Below are positions 12,657 through 23,758 of a stretch of 64,000 nt of DNA, piece after piece. The stretch lies in assembly GCA_963704885.1 (NCBI GenBank), contig CAVPIB010000001.1, positions 1-64,000 on the forward strand, read 5' to 3'. The translations under genes were made by a program, and so were the position numbers. Positions within the stretch are counted from its first letter, which is position 1. Each line of letters opens with the position of its first letter. The notes under the pieces are model-generated. The model had not been told where the DNA came from. It saw only the letters and a list, made by a program, of their open reading frames with translations, and did not search any database. This DNA comes from an uncultured Actinomycetes bacterium (GTDB lineage Bacteria; Actinomycetota; UBA4738; HRBIN12).

Positions 12657-13504
12657 CAGGTCGCGCGGGTGATCGCGTCCACGACCCGAGCGACCCGAAC
12701 CATCTCCTTCACGTCGTGGACCCGGACGATGTCGACCCCGCGGGCCGCGCACCACGCCACGACGCCGGCGGTGCCCTCGAGACGATCTCCCACCTCGGTG
12801 TCGGTGAGCGCGCCGATGAACCCCTTGCGGCTTGGCCCGACGATCACCGGCACCTCCAGGTGATGGAACGCATCGATGTCATGGAGGATGGCCAGGTTGT
12901 GTTCGAGCGTCTTTCCGAATCCCAGACCCGGATCGACGCACAGCTGGTCCATGTCGATACCAGCGGCGACGGCCGCCTCCAGGCGCTCCCCTAGCCATCC
13001 GCGGACCTCGGCGACCACGTCGTAGTAGGTCGGGTCCTCCTGCATGGTCTTCGGCTCGCCCTTCATATGCATCAGGACCATGCCGGCGTGCGCCTGGCGA
13101 ACGGTCTCGAACATTTCCGGATCGGCACCGGCGGCGATGTCGTTGACGATCGTGGCGCCGGCATCCAGCGCCGAACGCGCCACTTCGGCCTTCCGCGTGT
13201 CGACCGACACGGGCGTGTCGGGGAGCTCATGTGTCAGGAGTTGGATCACCGGGACCACCCGAGCGAGCTCTTCGACGGCAGGGACCGGATCGGAGCCCGG
13301 ACGGGTGGACTCACCACCTACGTCGAGCAGGTCCGCGCCATCGGACACCATCTGGATCCCGTGCTTCACGGCGTCATCGATGCTCAGATACGACCCACCG
13401 TCGGAGAACGAATCGGGCGTCACGTTCACGATCCCCATAACCAGGGTGCGCTCACGCAGAGGGATAGCGTGCGGGCCGCAACGCCAAAGCGCCTCCCCAG
13501 CCAT
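12656..13504 (-). CDS. folP: Dihydropteroate synthase
   Basis: MGIVNVTPDSFSDGG, GGESTRPG, DPGLGFGK, SRK, RVHDV. Confidence 0.97.
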   Translation of the reverse strand: MAGEALWRCGPHAIPLRERTLVMGIVNVTPDSFSDGGSYLSIDDAVKHGIQMVSDGADLLDVGGESTRPGSDPVPAVEELARVVPVIQLLTHELPDTPVSVDTRKAEVARSALDAGATIVNDIAAGADPEMFETVRQAHAGMVLMHMKGEPKTMQEDPTYYDVVAEVRGWLGERLEAAVAAGIDMDQLCVDPGLGFGKTLEHNLAILHDIDAFHHLEVPVIVGPSRKGFIGALTDTEVGDRLEGTAGVVAWCAARGVDIVRVHDVKEMVRVARVVDAITRAT

Positions 13505-13559
13505 GGGGGCATCGTAGCCCGAGTCGCGAGGAGCTCGCTCGCCGCTGTGGAGAGTGCGG

Positions 13560-15137
13560 CTAGCGGTGGCCCATGTGGTACATGGCCTCCTGGCGCGTCC
13601 GCGCGTCGGTGCGGAACAGGCCACGCACGGCGGAGGTCACGGTCACCGAACCCGGCTTCTTGATGCCGCGCATGGTCATGCAGAAGTGCTCGGCCTCGAT
13701 GACCACGAACACCCCACGCGGCGAGAGCGCCTCGTCCAGCGCCTCGGCGATCTGCGTGGTGAGACGTTCCTGGACCTGTGGTCGCTTGGCCAGTAGATCC
13801 ACGACGCGCGCGACCTTCGACAGACCGGTGATCTGCTGCTCCTTGTTCGGGATGTACGCGACGTGCGCCTTCCCGCTGAACGGGATCAGGTGGTGTTCAC
13901 AGTTGTGCGTCTGGATGCCCCCGACGAGGAACGTCGGATAGGGAGAACACTCGAAGCTGTATACGCGGTAAGGCCGAGTGCCCACCGCCTCGATACGGCG
14001 GACGTTCGTCACCTCAGACCAGTCGCTGTCGGCGGGCAGGAGTGGAACGCTCACCCGTCGGAAACCAGGCTTGCCATGCCAACCGGGGACGTTCCACCTC
14101 GCGGAAACATAGATCTGCCATATCCCCGCGCGCGTCCGTTGCGGCATCGTTCCAAGGATGCCGCTCAGCTCGGCGGCAAAGGTGTCGTTCGCCGTGATGA
14201 TGGTTCGAGCACCGTTCGCGCCCTTGATGGTGTAGCCGTCGCCGTCGCAGTACCCGTCGAGGAAGCCACGCATCATGTCCTCGGATCGGAGCACCACCGA
14301 TGGGAAGTGGAACGCCTTGGTCTTCTTCGAGCCGCCGTACCAATCCAAGAGCAGAGTGGCGATGCGGCGCGAGACCACGCGGACCCGATGCATCGGGATA
14401 TCTCTCCCCAGGAAGCCGCTCGGCACATCCAGCTCCTCGACGGGACGCTCGGCTCCGAAAGCGATCTCCAGCGCCGCAGCGAATCGATCAGCGAACCCGC
14501 GATCCCGAACGACGAGCGAGACCCTCCGGCCCTCCTGGATACTGGCGTCGCTGCCGACGGCGCCGATCACGTATCCCAGCTCGTACCCTTCGCGAACCGG
14601 ATACCACGCCTGTGAGAGCTTCCTCGTCTCGATCGCCTCGACCTTGTCACCAACTCCTACCGCCCCTGCTTCGACCCACCCATCGGGAGTGGAGATCGGG
14701 TGCTCCGGCGTGAGGCGAACAACGTTGTTCCGTGTGCGGATCTCAACGATCTCCCGTGCGTTCCGCCATGCGGCGTCAACCACTCGGGTGGTCGCGAGCA
14801 CTCCGTCCTCGTCGAACGTGAGCAACTCTTGACCGACGCGAACGTGTGACGCCTGGATCACGCCCGTTGGAGTATTCAGGCGCTCCTTCGAGGGGACGCA
14901 CATCGAATACAGGGGGATGTCGCGGACCATGATCATCTCGTCGTGGTCGGCGCCCTCTACGACGGTCACCAGGCGGGCGGCGTCCTGGCCGATCCCCGAG
15001 AAGACCTCGCGGTACATGCGCGCCACGCGCGCAGGCGTCTCGCGCAACCCACCGCGCTCGGGATCCTCGCCGATCCCCTCGAGGATCAGCCGAACGCCCT
15101 CTTCGACCTTCCTGTCGTCGAACCGGTCTTCATCCAT
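13560..15137 (-). CDS. folE: GTP cyclohydrolase I, intein-containing precursor (192 aa after splicing)
   Basis: TPARVARM...YSM / [29 protein letters not shown]. Interrupted in frame by a 333-aa insert. Confidence 0.95.
   Translation of the reverse strand: MDEDRFDDRKVEEGVRLILEGIGEDPERGGLRETPARVARMYREVFSGIGQDAARLVTVVEGADHDEMIMVRDIPLYSMCVPSKERLNTPTGVIQASHVRVGQELLTFDEDGVLATTRVVDAAWRNAREIVEIRTRNNVVRLTPEHPISTPDGWVEAGAVGVGDKVEAIETRKLSQAWYPVREGYELGYVIGAVGSDASIQEGRRVSLVVRDRGFADRFAAALEIAFGAERPVEELDVPSGFLGRDIPMHRVRVVSRRIATLLLDWYGGSKKTKAFHFPSVVLRSEDMMRGFLDGYCDGDGYTIKGANGARTIITANDTFAAELSGILGTMPQRTRAGIWQIYVSARWNVPGWHGKPGFRRVSVPLLPADSDWSEVTNVRRIEAVGTRPYRVYSFECSPYPTFLVGGIQTHNCEHHLIPFSGKAHVAYIPNKEQQITGLSKVARVVDLLAKRPQVQERLTTQIAEALDEALSPRGVFVVIEAEHFCMTMRGIKKPGSVTVTSAVRGLFRTDARTRQEAMYHMGHR
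13902..14900 (-). mobile_element. Intein with LAGLIDADG homing endonuclease domain
   Basis: Begins with Cys (CVPSKE). Block B LTPEHPI, endonuclease helices [13 protein letters not shown] and [10 protein letters not shown], block [17 protein letters not shown]. Ends in HN followed by extein Cys. Confidence 0.93.
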
Positions 15138-15150
15138 GCGGACCTCGATG

Positions 15151-15825
15151 CTACCCGTAGGTCGCGGGAACCAGGTCGTCGAGCGTGTCGGGCAGCCCCG
15201 TCAGATCGGCCAGCTCTCCCGCGCGTGGGAGCTCGCTCGTCTCGTCCTCCCGGTTGATCCACACGCACGACAGGCCGAGCGTGGCGCATGGCTGCACGTC
15301 GTGGAACAACGAGGCGGCCACGTGGACGTGGCGCCTGCGGTCGGCGTCCGTCCGCGCGAAGAACGTCCGCCAGTGCTTGAACGACGGTTTGTACGAACCG
15401 ATCTCGGACGCCACGACGCGCTCGTCCACAGGCACTCCGATCGCGGCGAGCGACGCGTCCAGGAACTCGGGGTCGGTGTTGGACAAGATCCCCAGCTTCC
15501 ATCCGCGCGCCCGCAACTCGGCGAGCGACTCCGGAACTTCGGGGAAGTACGGCCAGGACGGCAACGACTCTCCTAGCGCATCCTCCCGGCCGGCCGGGAT
15601 CACCAGCTCCTCCGCCGCCGCGACCCCCGCGAGCGTCTGGGCCATCACGGCGCGGTAGGCGATCCCGCGAGCGGCCTGCACGGACGGCTCCACCTCGTGG
15701 TAGCGATCCAGGAGCCGATCGGCGTCGTGATCGGGCCAAAGCGCGGCCAGGGTCGAACGGATCCCGCCCATCCAGTCGATGAGCGTTCCGTAGCAGTCGA
15801 ACGTGGCCCAGCGATCCGACGACAC
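15151..15825 (-). CDS. HAD-superfamily hydrolase (2-haloacid dehalogenase type II-like)
   Basis: [29 protein letters not shown]. Confidence 0.88.
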   Translation of the reverse strand: MSSDRWATFDCYGTLIDWMGGIRSTLAALWPDHDADRLLDRYHEVEPSVQAARGIAYRAVMAQTLAGVAAAEELVIPAGREDALGESLPSWPYFPEVPESLAELRARGWKLGILSNTDPEFLDASLAAIGVPVDERVVASEIGSYKPSFKHWRTFFARTDADRRRHVHVAASLFHDVQPCATLGLSCVWINREDETSELPRAGELADLTGLPDTLDDLVPATYG

Positions 15826-15844
15826 GTGCCGAGTCTACGGCGCG

Positions 15845-17764
<1,920 letters not shown>

Positions 17765-17889
17765 AGGGCTCTCGGGTTGGCTCAGAACGCGCTCCTTGAG
17801 GGTGGGCGGAGATGCCGCAGGGCTCCGACGCCGTATGCGTCAGGGCCCGTTGTCGATGGTAGCACCGGCCGCGGACACGGGGTCCGCGC

Positions 17890-18270
17890 TCAGCGGATAC
17901 CCGAGTCGACTTCGAGGGTGACCTGGGTGTACGAACCTTGCTCGACCACCACGCTCTGCGGGATCGGCGCTGGCGGGCCACCGCCCCCACGGATGACGGC
18001 CGCCAACGTGTAGGAGTCTGGGACCAGGTCCATGATGAACCTCCCCTCGCCATCCGTCGTGACGGTCGTGACGGTGCCGTCGGAAGCCGTCGCCTGCACG
18101 TCGCCGACGAACGGGAGATCGGGGCACGGGCTGTCGGGGGTCTCGACCGGGCACTGCGGCCCCACGCTGACGATCCCTTCGACCCCAGTGCCGAACTCGG
18201 CGCCCCCGCCGCCTCCGCACGCCGCTATCAGGAGGGCGAGGACCAGCAGGGTGAGGGATCGCGGCGACAT
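17890..18270 (-). CDS. Putative lipoprotein (carboxypeptidase-regulatory-like beta fold)
   Basis: Lipobox LIAAC, VGPQCPV...PCPD, TTDGEGRF. Confidence 0.7.
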   Translation of the reverse strand: MSPRSLTLLVLALLIAACGGGGGAEFGTGVEGIVSVGPQCPVETPDSPCPDLPFVGDVQATASDGTVTTVTTDGEGRFIMDLVPDSYTLAAVIRGGGGPPAPIPQSVVVEQGSYTQVTLEVDSGIR

Positions 18271-18310
18271 GGCCGTTCGACGGCCTCGGCCACCCAAAGG
18301 TTCCTGCGGC

Positions 18311-18904
18311 TCATTCGCCGCCGTAGGCCTGGGGGCGGAGGGTGGCTATGTATGGCAGGTTCCGATAACGCTCCGCGAAGTCCAGCCCATACCCCACCAC
18401 GAACTCGTTCGGGATCTCGAAGCCCACGTACCGCAGGTCCAGCTTCACCTGCTGGATCCCCTCCTTCCGCAGGAGCGCGGCCACCTCGAGCGATGCGGGT
18501 TTGCGCCCCGCCAGGTTCTTCAGCAGGTATTTCAGCGTGAGCCCGGAGTCCACGATGTCCTCGACCACAAGTACGTCGAGTCCTTCCAGATCGTGGTCCA
18601 GGTCCTTCAGGATGCGGACCACGCCCGAGGTCTTGGTCGCTGCGCCGTAGGAAGACACCGCCATGAAGTCGAACTCGAGCGGCAGTCGGATGTAGCGCGC
18701 CAGATCGGCCATGACCACGAAGGCGCCCTTCAGCACACCCACCAGGAGCAGCCTTCGTCCAGCGTAGTCGGCGCCGATCCGTTCCCCCATCTCGGCCAGC
18801 TTCGACTGGATCTGCTCAGCCGAGATCAGGACACGATCGATGTCGGGTTCGTAGGCCTCCACGTAAGTGCTCAGTGTAGAGAGCGAGGCAAGATCGAGCG
18901 TCAC
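18311..18904 (-). CDS. hpt: Hypoxanthine phosphoribosyltransferase
   Basis: VGVLKGA, VLVVEDIVDSGLT, FVVGYGLD. Confidence 0.97.
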   Translation of the reverse strand: MTLDLASLSTLSTYVEAYEPDIDRVLISAEQIQSKLAEMGERIGADYAGRRLLLVGVLKGAFVVMADLARYIRLPLEFDFMAVSSYGAATKTSGVVRILKDLDHDLEGLDVLVVEDIVDSGLTLKYLLKNLAGRKPASLEVAALLRKEGIQQVKLDLRYVGFEIPNEFVVGYGLDFAERYRNLPYIATLRPQAYGGE

Positions 18905-18946
18905 GTCCTTCCCCTTTCCCGGTCGGGGTCCATCGCTCCCGTCGGC

Positions 18947-19933
18947 TTAGGGGGAAGGACGAGAGAGGTGAACATACCCCCGGTCCCTCCGCGCCGTCGA
19001 GCCCGACGACAGATCCCTACGGCGGCCGGGGCGCCCCGCCGCCAGGTCCAGCACCGCCAAGACGTCCGCGCGGGAGCACGGAACCCCGCAGGCGTACACG
19101 GCGTGAGCTACCACGCGCCCCGAGATCGCGCGCGGCAGGTCCAGCAGGCGGATCGCATCCAGGTCGGCGCCTTCCGGGGTCTCCTCCACGATGTCGTCGA
19201 CGACGGCCGAGGTCTGCCGGGACAGCTCCTCGGCGTCTTCGCGTAGCCCCGCCGCGGTTCGCACCAGCGGGTCTCGAAGGCTCCGGCCGACCGATCGCTC
19301 CAGTGCCGGCAGACCCTTCAACCGGATCGCGTTCCGCAGGAATCGGGTGTCGCGGTTGGAGGGGTCCAGGCGGGGACGCAGATGCAGCGAGCGGCAGGAC
19401 GCCTCGACCTCCTCGCGGGTGACGTCGATCAGCGGGTTCACCCACGGACCCAGGACGGGGGCGATGCCGCCGAGACCCCGGAGCCCGCTCCCGGTGACGA
19501 GCGCCATCAGCACGGTCTCGGCCTGATCGTCCATGGTGTGGCCGATCGCGATCCGGGCGGCGCCGATCTCGCGCGCGACCTCGCCCATGGCCACCATCCG
19601 GCGTTCGCGCGCCCAGGCCTCCACCGACTCGCCCTTGGCCGGCCGCGACTCGACAACGTGAAGATGCGCGGTCAGCCGGTGACGCTCCGCGAGCCGTCGG
19701 ACGTATGTGGCGTCGGCCGCCGAGCCGTCGTGCAGCCGGTGGTCCAGGTGGAAGACCTCCAGGCGGATCTTGAAGAGGCGTCGAAGACGAACCAACGACT
19801 CCAGCAGGCATACGGAGTCGGGGCCTCCCGACACGGCGACGAGGACGGTCTGACCGGGAAGGAACATCTTGTGCCCCCGCGCGGTCGCCGTGACCCGCTC
19901 CAACACTCGGGCGACGGCGGGTGGACGACGCAT
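18947..19933 (-). CDS. tilS: tRNA(Ile)-lysidine synthase
   Basis: PP-loop AVSGGPDS, GHTMDDQAETVL, DPSN...RNAIR. Confidence 0.95.
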   Translation of the reverse strand: MRRPPAVARVLERVTATARGHKMFLPGQTVLVAVSGGPDSVCLLESLVRLRRLFKIRLEVFHLDHRLHDGSAADATYVRRLAERHRLTAHLHVVESRPAKGESVEAWARERRMVAMGEVAREIGAARIAIGHTMDDQAETVLMALVTGSGLRGLGGIAPVLGPWVNPLIDVTREEVEASCRSLHLRPRLDPSNRDTRFLRNAIRLKGLPALERSVGRSLRDPLVRTAAGLREDAEELSRQTSAVVDDIVEETPEGADLDAIRLLDLPRAISGRVVAHAVYACGVPCSRADVLAVLDLAAGRPGRRRDLSSGSTARRDRGYVHLSRPSP

Positions 19934-19943
19934 GGGGCCGGCC

Positions 19944-21014
19944 CTAGCCGCCGATCCTGGCCAGCCAGCGATCTGGCTCGCCGATCTCATCGAGCGTAGG
20001 CAGGTCGCCGGCGCTCCGCCACACCAGGTTGAACGTGGACATCCCCGCCCGCTCCACGATGGCGCGGACGAACCGTTCGCCGGTGTCGTACTGACGGATC
20101 TTCTGCTCGAACCCGATCGCCTTCTGGAAGCCGCGCTCGACGTTGGATGCGCGACGACGCGCCGAGAGAGCACGCCTCATCCGGTCGACGTCGGAGACGT
20201 GATCGCGGGCGACCTCGTTCATGACGAAGGAGGCGTGACCCTCTAACAAGGACATCAGCGCTTGCATGCGCATGAACATCTCGCGCTGCTCTGGCGTGAG
20301 GAGCAGGAACACGCCTCCCATCCCGCGCCAGTCGCCGCCGGCCTTCGCCTCGGCGGCAGCACGACGCAGCTGGTTGATCAGCTCGTGCGAGTCCAGCTGA
20401 ACGCTGTCCAGGTACTCGTTCACCATGCCCGACAGGTAGCCCTGGAGCCACGAGGCCGAGCCGAACTGTACGCGGTGCGTTACCTCGTGGATGGCGATCC
20501 ACAACCGGAAGTCCCTGGGAGGAAGCGAGAACCGTCGCTCCACCTCGATCACGTTCGGACCCACGAAGTACAGCAGGCCCTCGTCGTCGGGCGGCAGGAA
20601 CACGTCGTACTGACCGAGCACCTTGCGCGAAACGTAGCCGATCAGGATCCCGGCCTGCGCACCCAGCGCCTTGCGCTTGTACACGGCGCGATCGGGACGT
20701 CCGTCCAAGATCCGCTCGGCCAGCGGCTCCAGCAGGCGCTGCAACCCGTTCAGGTTGGCGCGTATCCATTCGGAACGCGCCATCACCCATGGACGCGAAC
20801 GGAACCCCGTTACCTCCATATCCGTGAACCCGCGGATCAGGTCCTCGGCGTGAGGGACCAGCTCCGCCAGGTCTTCGCGCAACCGCGCCCGCTCGATGCT
20901 CGGCACGGGAACGCCGGGACCGGACACGCGGCGGCCGATGTCGACGGCCGTGTTCCAATCGGCCAGGCGCGCCGAGTAGGAACCCATGGACCAGTCGACC
21001 TTGGCGGCGTCCAT
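19944..21014 (-). CDS. Zinc-dependent metalloprotease-like protein (zincin_2/DUF2342 family)
   Basis: VLGQYD, HEVTHRVQF, MSLLEGHA. Conserved position upstream of tilS in actinobacteria. Confidence 0.88.
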   Translation of the reverse strand: MDAAKVDWSMGSYSARLADWNTAVDIGRRVSGPGVPVPSIERARLREDLAELVPHAEDLIRGFTDMEVTGFRSRPWVMARSEWIRANLNGLQRLLEPLAERILDGRPDRAVYKRKALGAQAGILIGYVSRKVLGQYDVFLPPDDEGLLYFVGPNVIEVERRFSLPPRDFRLWIAIHEVTHRVQFGSASWLQGYLSGMVNEYLDSVQLDSHELINQLRRAAAEAKAGGDWRGMGGVFLLLTPEQREMFMRMQALMSLLEGHASFVMNEVARDHVSDVDRMRRALSARRRASNVERGFQKAIGFEQKIRQYDTGERFVRAIVERAGMSTFNLVWRSAGDLPTLDEIGEPDRWLARIGG

Positions 21015-21030
21015 GAGGCGAGGAGGGCGA

Positions 21031-21699
21031 CTAGCCCTCTTCGGCCTTCTTCCGAGCGGCGATCATCCCGGCCCGGCGTGCCTGGCCCTCGGCCACGCGC
21101 TTGTCGGTGCCGGCCGCGAGCAACTCGGCGAGCTTGGCGTCGAAGACCTCCTGGTCCATGGCGACCTCCTTGCGCTCGGCAGGAGCCGCCGCCGGCACAG
21201 GCGGTGCTGAAGCTCCTGCGGCTGGGGCCGCGTCTGCGGCTGGGGCCACGACGGGTGCGGGGGGGGTCGCTGCGGGGGGGGTCGCTGCGGGGGCAAGCGC
21301 TGCGGCGACGGTCGCGGGAGCAGGCGCGCTCGCCACGACTCCGGCCGGGACCGGAAGGGCAGGGGGCGCCACCACCACAGGAGCCGCCTGCGAGAGATCC
21401 ACGGCCCGACGCGGCAGATCCTGTCCTGGCCTCACCCGATCGGCGCGCACGACCTTCAGGCCGCTCTCGTCCTTCGAGAACCTCGGCGCGTAGCGCATAT
21501 ACATCACGATCAGGAAGAGACCCGTGATGACGCCCATGATCGCGAGCAGCCAGGCCATGCTGAACACCCACCCGCCGTTGTTTTCGACCGGCGTGGCCGA
21601 AGGGTCGATCTTGACCTGGGCGGCAGCCATCTGTGCCGAGCCGATGATCAGGACGAGCGAACCTGCGAGCGTGGCGGGAAGCCTGCGGAAGATCGTCAT
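21031..21699 (-). CDS. Hypothetical membrane protein (signal/TM helices, Pro/Ala linker, charged C-terminal helix)
   Basis: Two hydrophobic segments, a PAAT-rich linker and GC-typical codon usage. Confidence 0.65.
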   Translation of the reverse strand: MTIFRRLPATLAGSLVLIIGSAQMAAAQVKIDPSATPVENNGGWVFSMAWLLAIMGVITGLFLIVMYMRYAPRFSKDESGLKVVRADRVRPGQDLPRRAVDLSQAAPVVVAPPALPVPAGVVASAPAPATVAAALAPAATPPAATPPAPVVAPAADAAPAAGASAPPVPAAAPAERKEVAMDQEVFDAKLAELLAAGTDKRVAEGQARRAGMIAARKKAEEG

Positions 21700-21756
21700 C
21701 GGGCGGATTCTCGCAACCCCAGGCCCGGGCGGCAACCGCATCGTCCGGCCGCGCGG

Positions 21757-22431
21757 TCAGAGCGGCGCTTCTGAGCCGGCCGATGGGCCGGGTTGCTGAG
21801 TCCGCCGGGAGGTCGCCGATGGATGCATGAACTCCACGGACGGTTCCCAGCTGGTTCGTAGGACGTCGACGAGAGAGGGGGGCGTGACCACGACGACCGG
21901 TCGGCCCTTGGGCCGTGGCGATCGCTCGACATAGCCAGCGACGGTCCACCTCAGCATCTCTTCACCGAGCACCAGCCAGGGCGCGCCCTCCCGAAGAAGG
22001 AACACCCCGTCGGGCAGATCGTCGAGAGGCGCCTCGTGGTGGCGCTGTCCGCGCGTCATCTGATCCACCCGCTCGGCGTGCAGCTGCGCGTCGATCGCAT
22101 CGGCGCCGACCTGGCCGGCGTGGAGAGGGCGCCAGATCTCGGCGAACCTCTTGTAGTCCTCATTGCGGCACTGGGCGCAGGGGCGATGCCCGGCAGCGAA
22201 CGCGGTCGCCTCATCTAAGAAGAACAGCTCGGTGAAGCGACCCGGCTGCATCAAGGGGTGGCGATGCCAGCCTCGGAATCGCAGCCGGCACGTGATCCAG
22301 CGCTTGCCGTTGTACCGGCGTCGTATGCGCGCGACCTCGTCGTGCAGACAACCGCGGTTCCCGTAGACGAGTCCGCGCGCCGGATCGGCGATCAACTCGC
22401 CGAGCGGCGTGACCCGGTTCTGCAGGGGCAT
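21757..22431 (-). CDS. Conserved hypothetical protein with Ada-like Cys metal-binding motif
   Basis: GNRGCLH, WITC, LFFLDEATAFAAGHRPCAQCR. Confidence 0.75.
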   Translation of the reverse strand: MPLQNRVTPLGELIADPARGLVYGNRGCLHDEVARIRRRYNGKRWITCRLRFRGWHRHPLMQPGRFTELFFLDEATAFAAGHRPCAQCRNEDYKRFAEIWRPLHAGQVGADAIDAQLHAERVDQMTRGQRHHEAPLDDLPDGVFLLREGAPWLVLGEEMLRWTVAGYVERSPRPKGRPVVVVTPPSLVDVLRTSWEPSVEFMHPSATSRRTQQPGPSAGSEAPL

Positions 22432-22452
22432 CTCGACGTCACCGATACATCA

Positions 22453-23040
22453 TCAGAGGGTCGGGGACAGCCGGTAGCGAAGCTCCACGAGCCCCGTTGA
22501 GTAGGACTTGGCGTGGATCAGATCGGCCGCGGCCGGCCCCGTGTCGCTGAAGAGCCGGACGCCGGCGCCCAGCAAGACCGGCACCACGAACAGGATCAGC
22601 TCGTCGATCGCCTGGGCGCTTAGGAACTGGGCCACTAGCCGCGCACCCCCGACCAGGAAGATCTCGCGCTCCGACTCCCTGATCGACGCCACCACGTCGG
22701 CCACCGGGCCGCTGACGAAGCGCACGGTCGCTCCCTCAGGAGTCGGGAGTTCCCGATGGGTGAAGACCCAGGTCGGCCGCGTCCCGTACGGCCACTCGCC
22801 GCGCGCCACGTCCTGTTGGTACGTGGTGGCCCCCATGACCACGGCGTCGACCTCCGACATGAACCGTCCGAAGCCGTGATCCTCGCCCTCGACGTTGAAG
22901 CGCTCGAGCCAAGCGACGCCGCCCTTTGCATCGGCGATGAAACCGTCCAGGCTCGCCGCGATGTAGAGCACGATCTTCCCCAGGGGCCGCCGGCCCACAT
23001 CAGGATCCCCGCCACGCGAGACCCCAGCAGCCCGTTCCAC
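22453..23040 (-). CDS. Dihydrofolate reductase-family (RibD C-terminal) protein
   Basis: YIAASLDGFIA, VMGATTY, VGGARL, IDE...PVLLGAG. Confidence 0.9.
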   Translation of the reverse strand: MERAAGVSRGGDPDVGRRPLGKIVLYIAASLDGFIADAKGGVAWLERFNVEGEDHGFGRFMSEVDAVVMGATTYQQDVARGEWPYGTRPTWVFTHRELPTPEGATVRFVSGPVADVVASIRESEREIFLVGGARLVAQFLSAQAIDELILFVVPVLLGAGVRLFSDTGPAAADLIHAKSYSTGLVELRYRLSPTL

Positions 23041-23161
23041 GTGGCGAGGGTAGCGCGAGCAGGATCGGCTTCTCAGACTCCCGAGTGATCAGGGCATCCC
23101 ACCGTTCCGACGGGCTACGTTCGGATGGTCAGATAGAGCCATCCATGAGCTTGACGAGCCG

Positions 23162-23548
23162 ATGTCCTTTGGGACAACGAAACCTCCAGAGTCCCGACTC
23201 ATGAAGAGCGGCCTGCGTGCCGACCATTGCACTATGAGAGAACCGATCCCGTTCCTTCGAGAGGCCGCTGTAACTATCGTGCCCCAGCTCTCGGACGAGC
23301 AGCTCGAACGCATCGGCGGCGAGCTCGCCTCGCAGAGCAACCCTTTCCTGCTGGTCAGCCGGGTGAGCGACTGCACGGCGTTGATCCAGGGGATCCCGGT
23401 AACCGCCGAGTCGCCGCACGAAGCCGACGCGCTCACGTGGGACATCGTCCACAGCCATGTGAGCGCAGCCTTGTGCGAACCGTGGGACTGGGACACGACC
23501 GTCACCGCGATCGACGTCCGATCGGCCGACGGGGCCCTCGCCTCCTAG
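23162..23548 (+). CDS. Hypothetical protein (start uncertain)
   Basis: The most protein-like ORF between the DHFR-family gene and the tRNA. No recognisable motif. Confidence 0.4.
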   Translation: MSFGTTKPPESRLMKSGLRADHCTMREPIPFLREAAVTIVPQLSDEQLERIGGELASQSNPFLLVSRVSDCTALIQGIPVTAESPHEADALTWDIVHSHVSAALCEPWDWDTTVTAIDVRSADGALAS

Positions 23549-23588
23549 CGCGAACCCGTAGCCGGACCTCGATACGGAAGCGTCGCAG

Positions 23589-23660
23589 AGCCGGAGCGGG
23601 GATTCGAACCCCGGACCTACCACTTACGAGGCGGTTGCTCTACCACTGAGCTACTCCGGC
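23589..23660 (-). tRNA. tRNA-Thr (anticodon CGT), CCA not encoded
   Basis: Cloverleaf GCCGGAG TA GCTC AGTGGTA GAGC A ACCGC CT CGT AA GTGGT AGGTC CGGGG TTCGAAT CCCCG CTCCGGC T. Confidence 0.96.
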
Positions 23661-23682
23661 GGCGGCTGCCGAGTCTACCGAA

Positions 23683-23719
23683 CGGGTGCTGGCACCACGG
23701 GAGGAGCGGCGGTCTGCAC
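23683..23719. promoter_or_regulatory. Candidate regulator site: near-palindrome CGGGTGCTGGCACCAC plus downstream box GCGGCGGTCTGCAC
   Basis: Matches the 38538..38553 palindrome at 14/16. The second box matches 30687..30700 at 12/14. Confidence 0.6.
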
Positions 23720-23758
23720 GGTCGTCGAGTTGAGCCTCCATCAGCGATGATGCCCTCC

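Noticed and set aside
15151-15825. HAD protein as the missing dihydroneopterin phosphate phosphatase next to folE
   Set aside because: Motif I is DCYGT, lacking the second Asp of phosphatases. It looks dehalogenase-like.
21256-21293. 15-nt G-rich tandem repeat (TGCGGGGGGGGTCGC, about 2.5 copies)
   Set aside because: It encodes the PAATPPAATPP linker and is ordinary low-complexity coding sequence.
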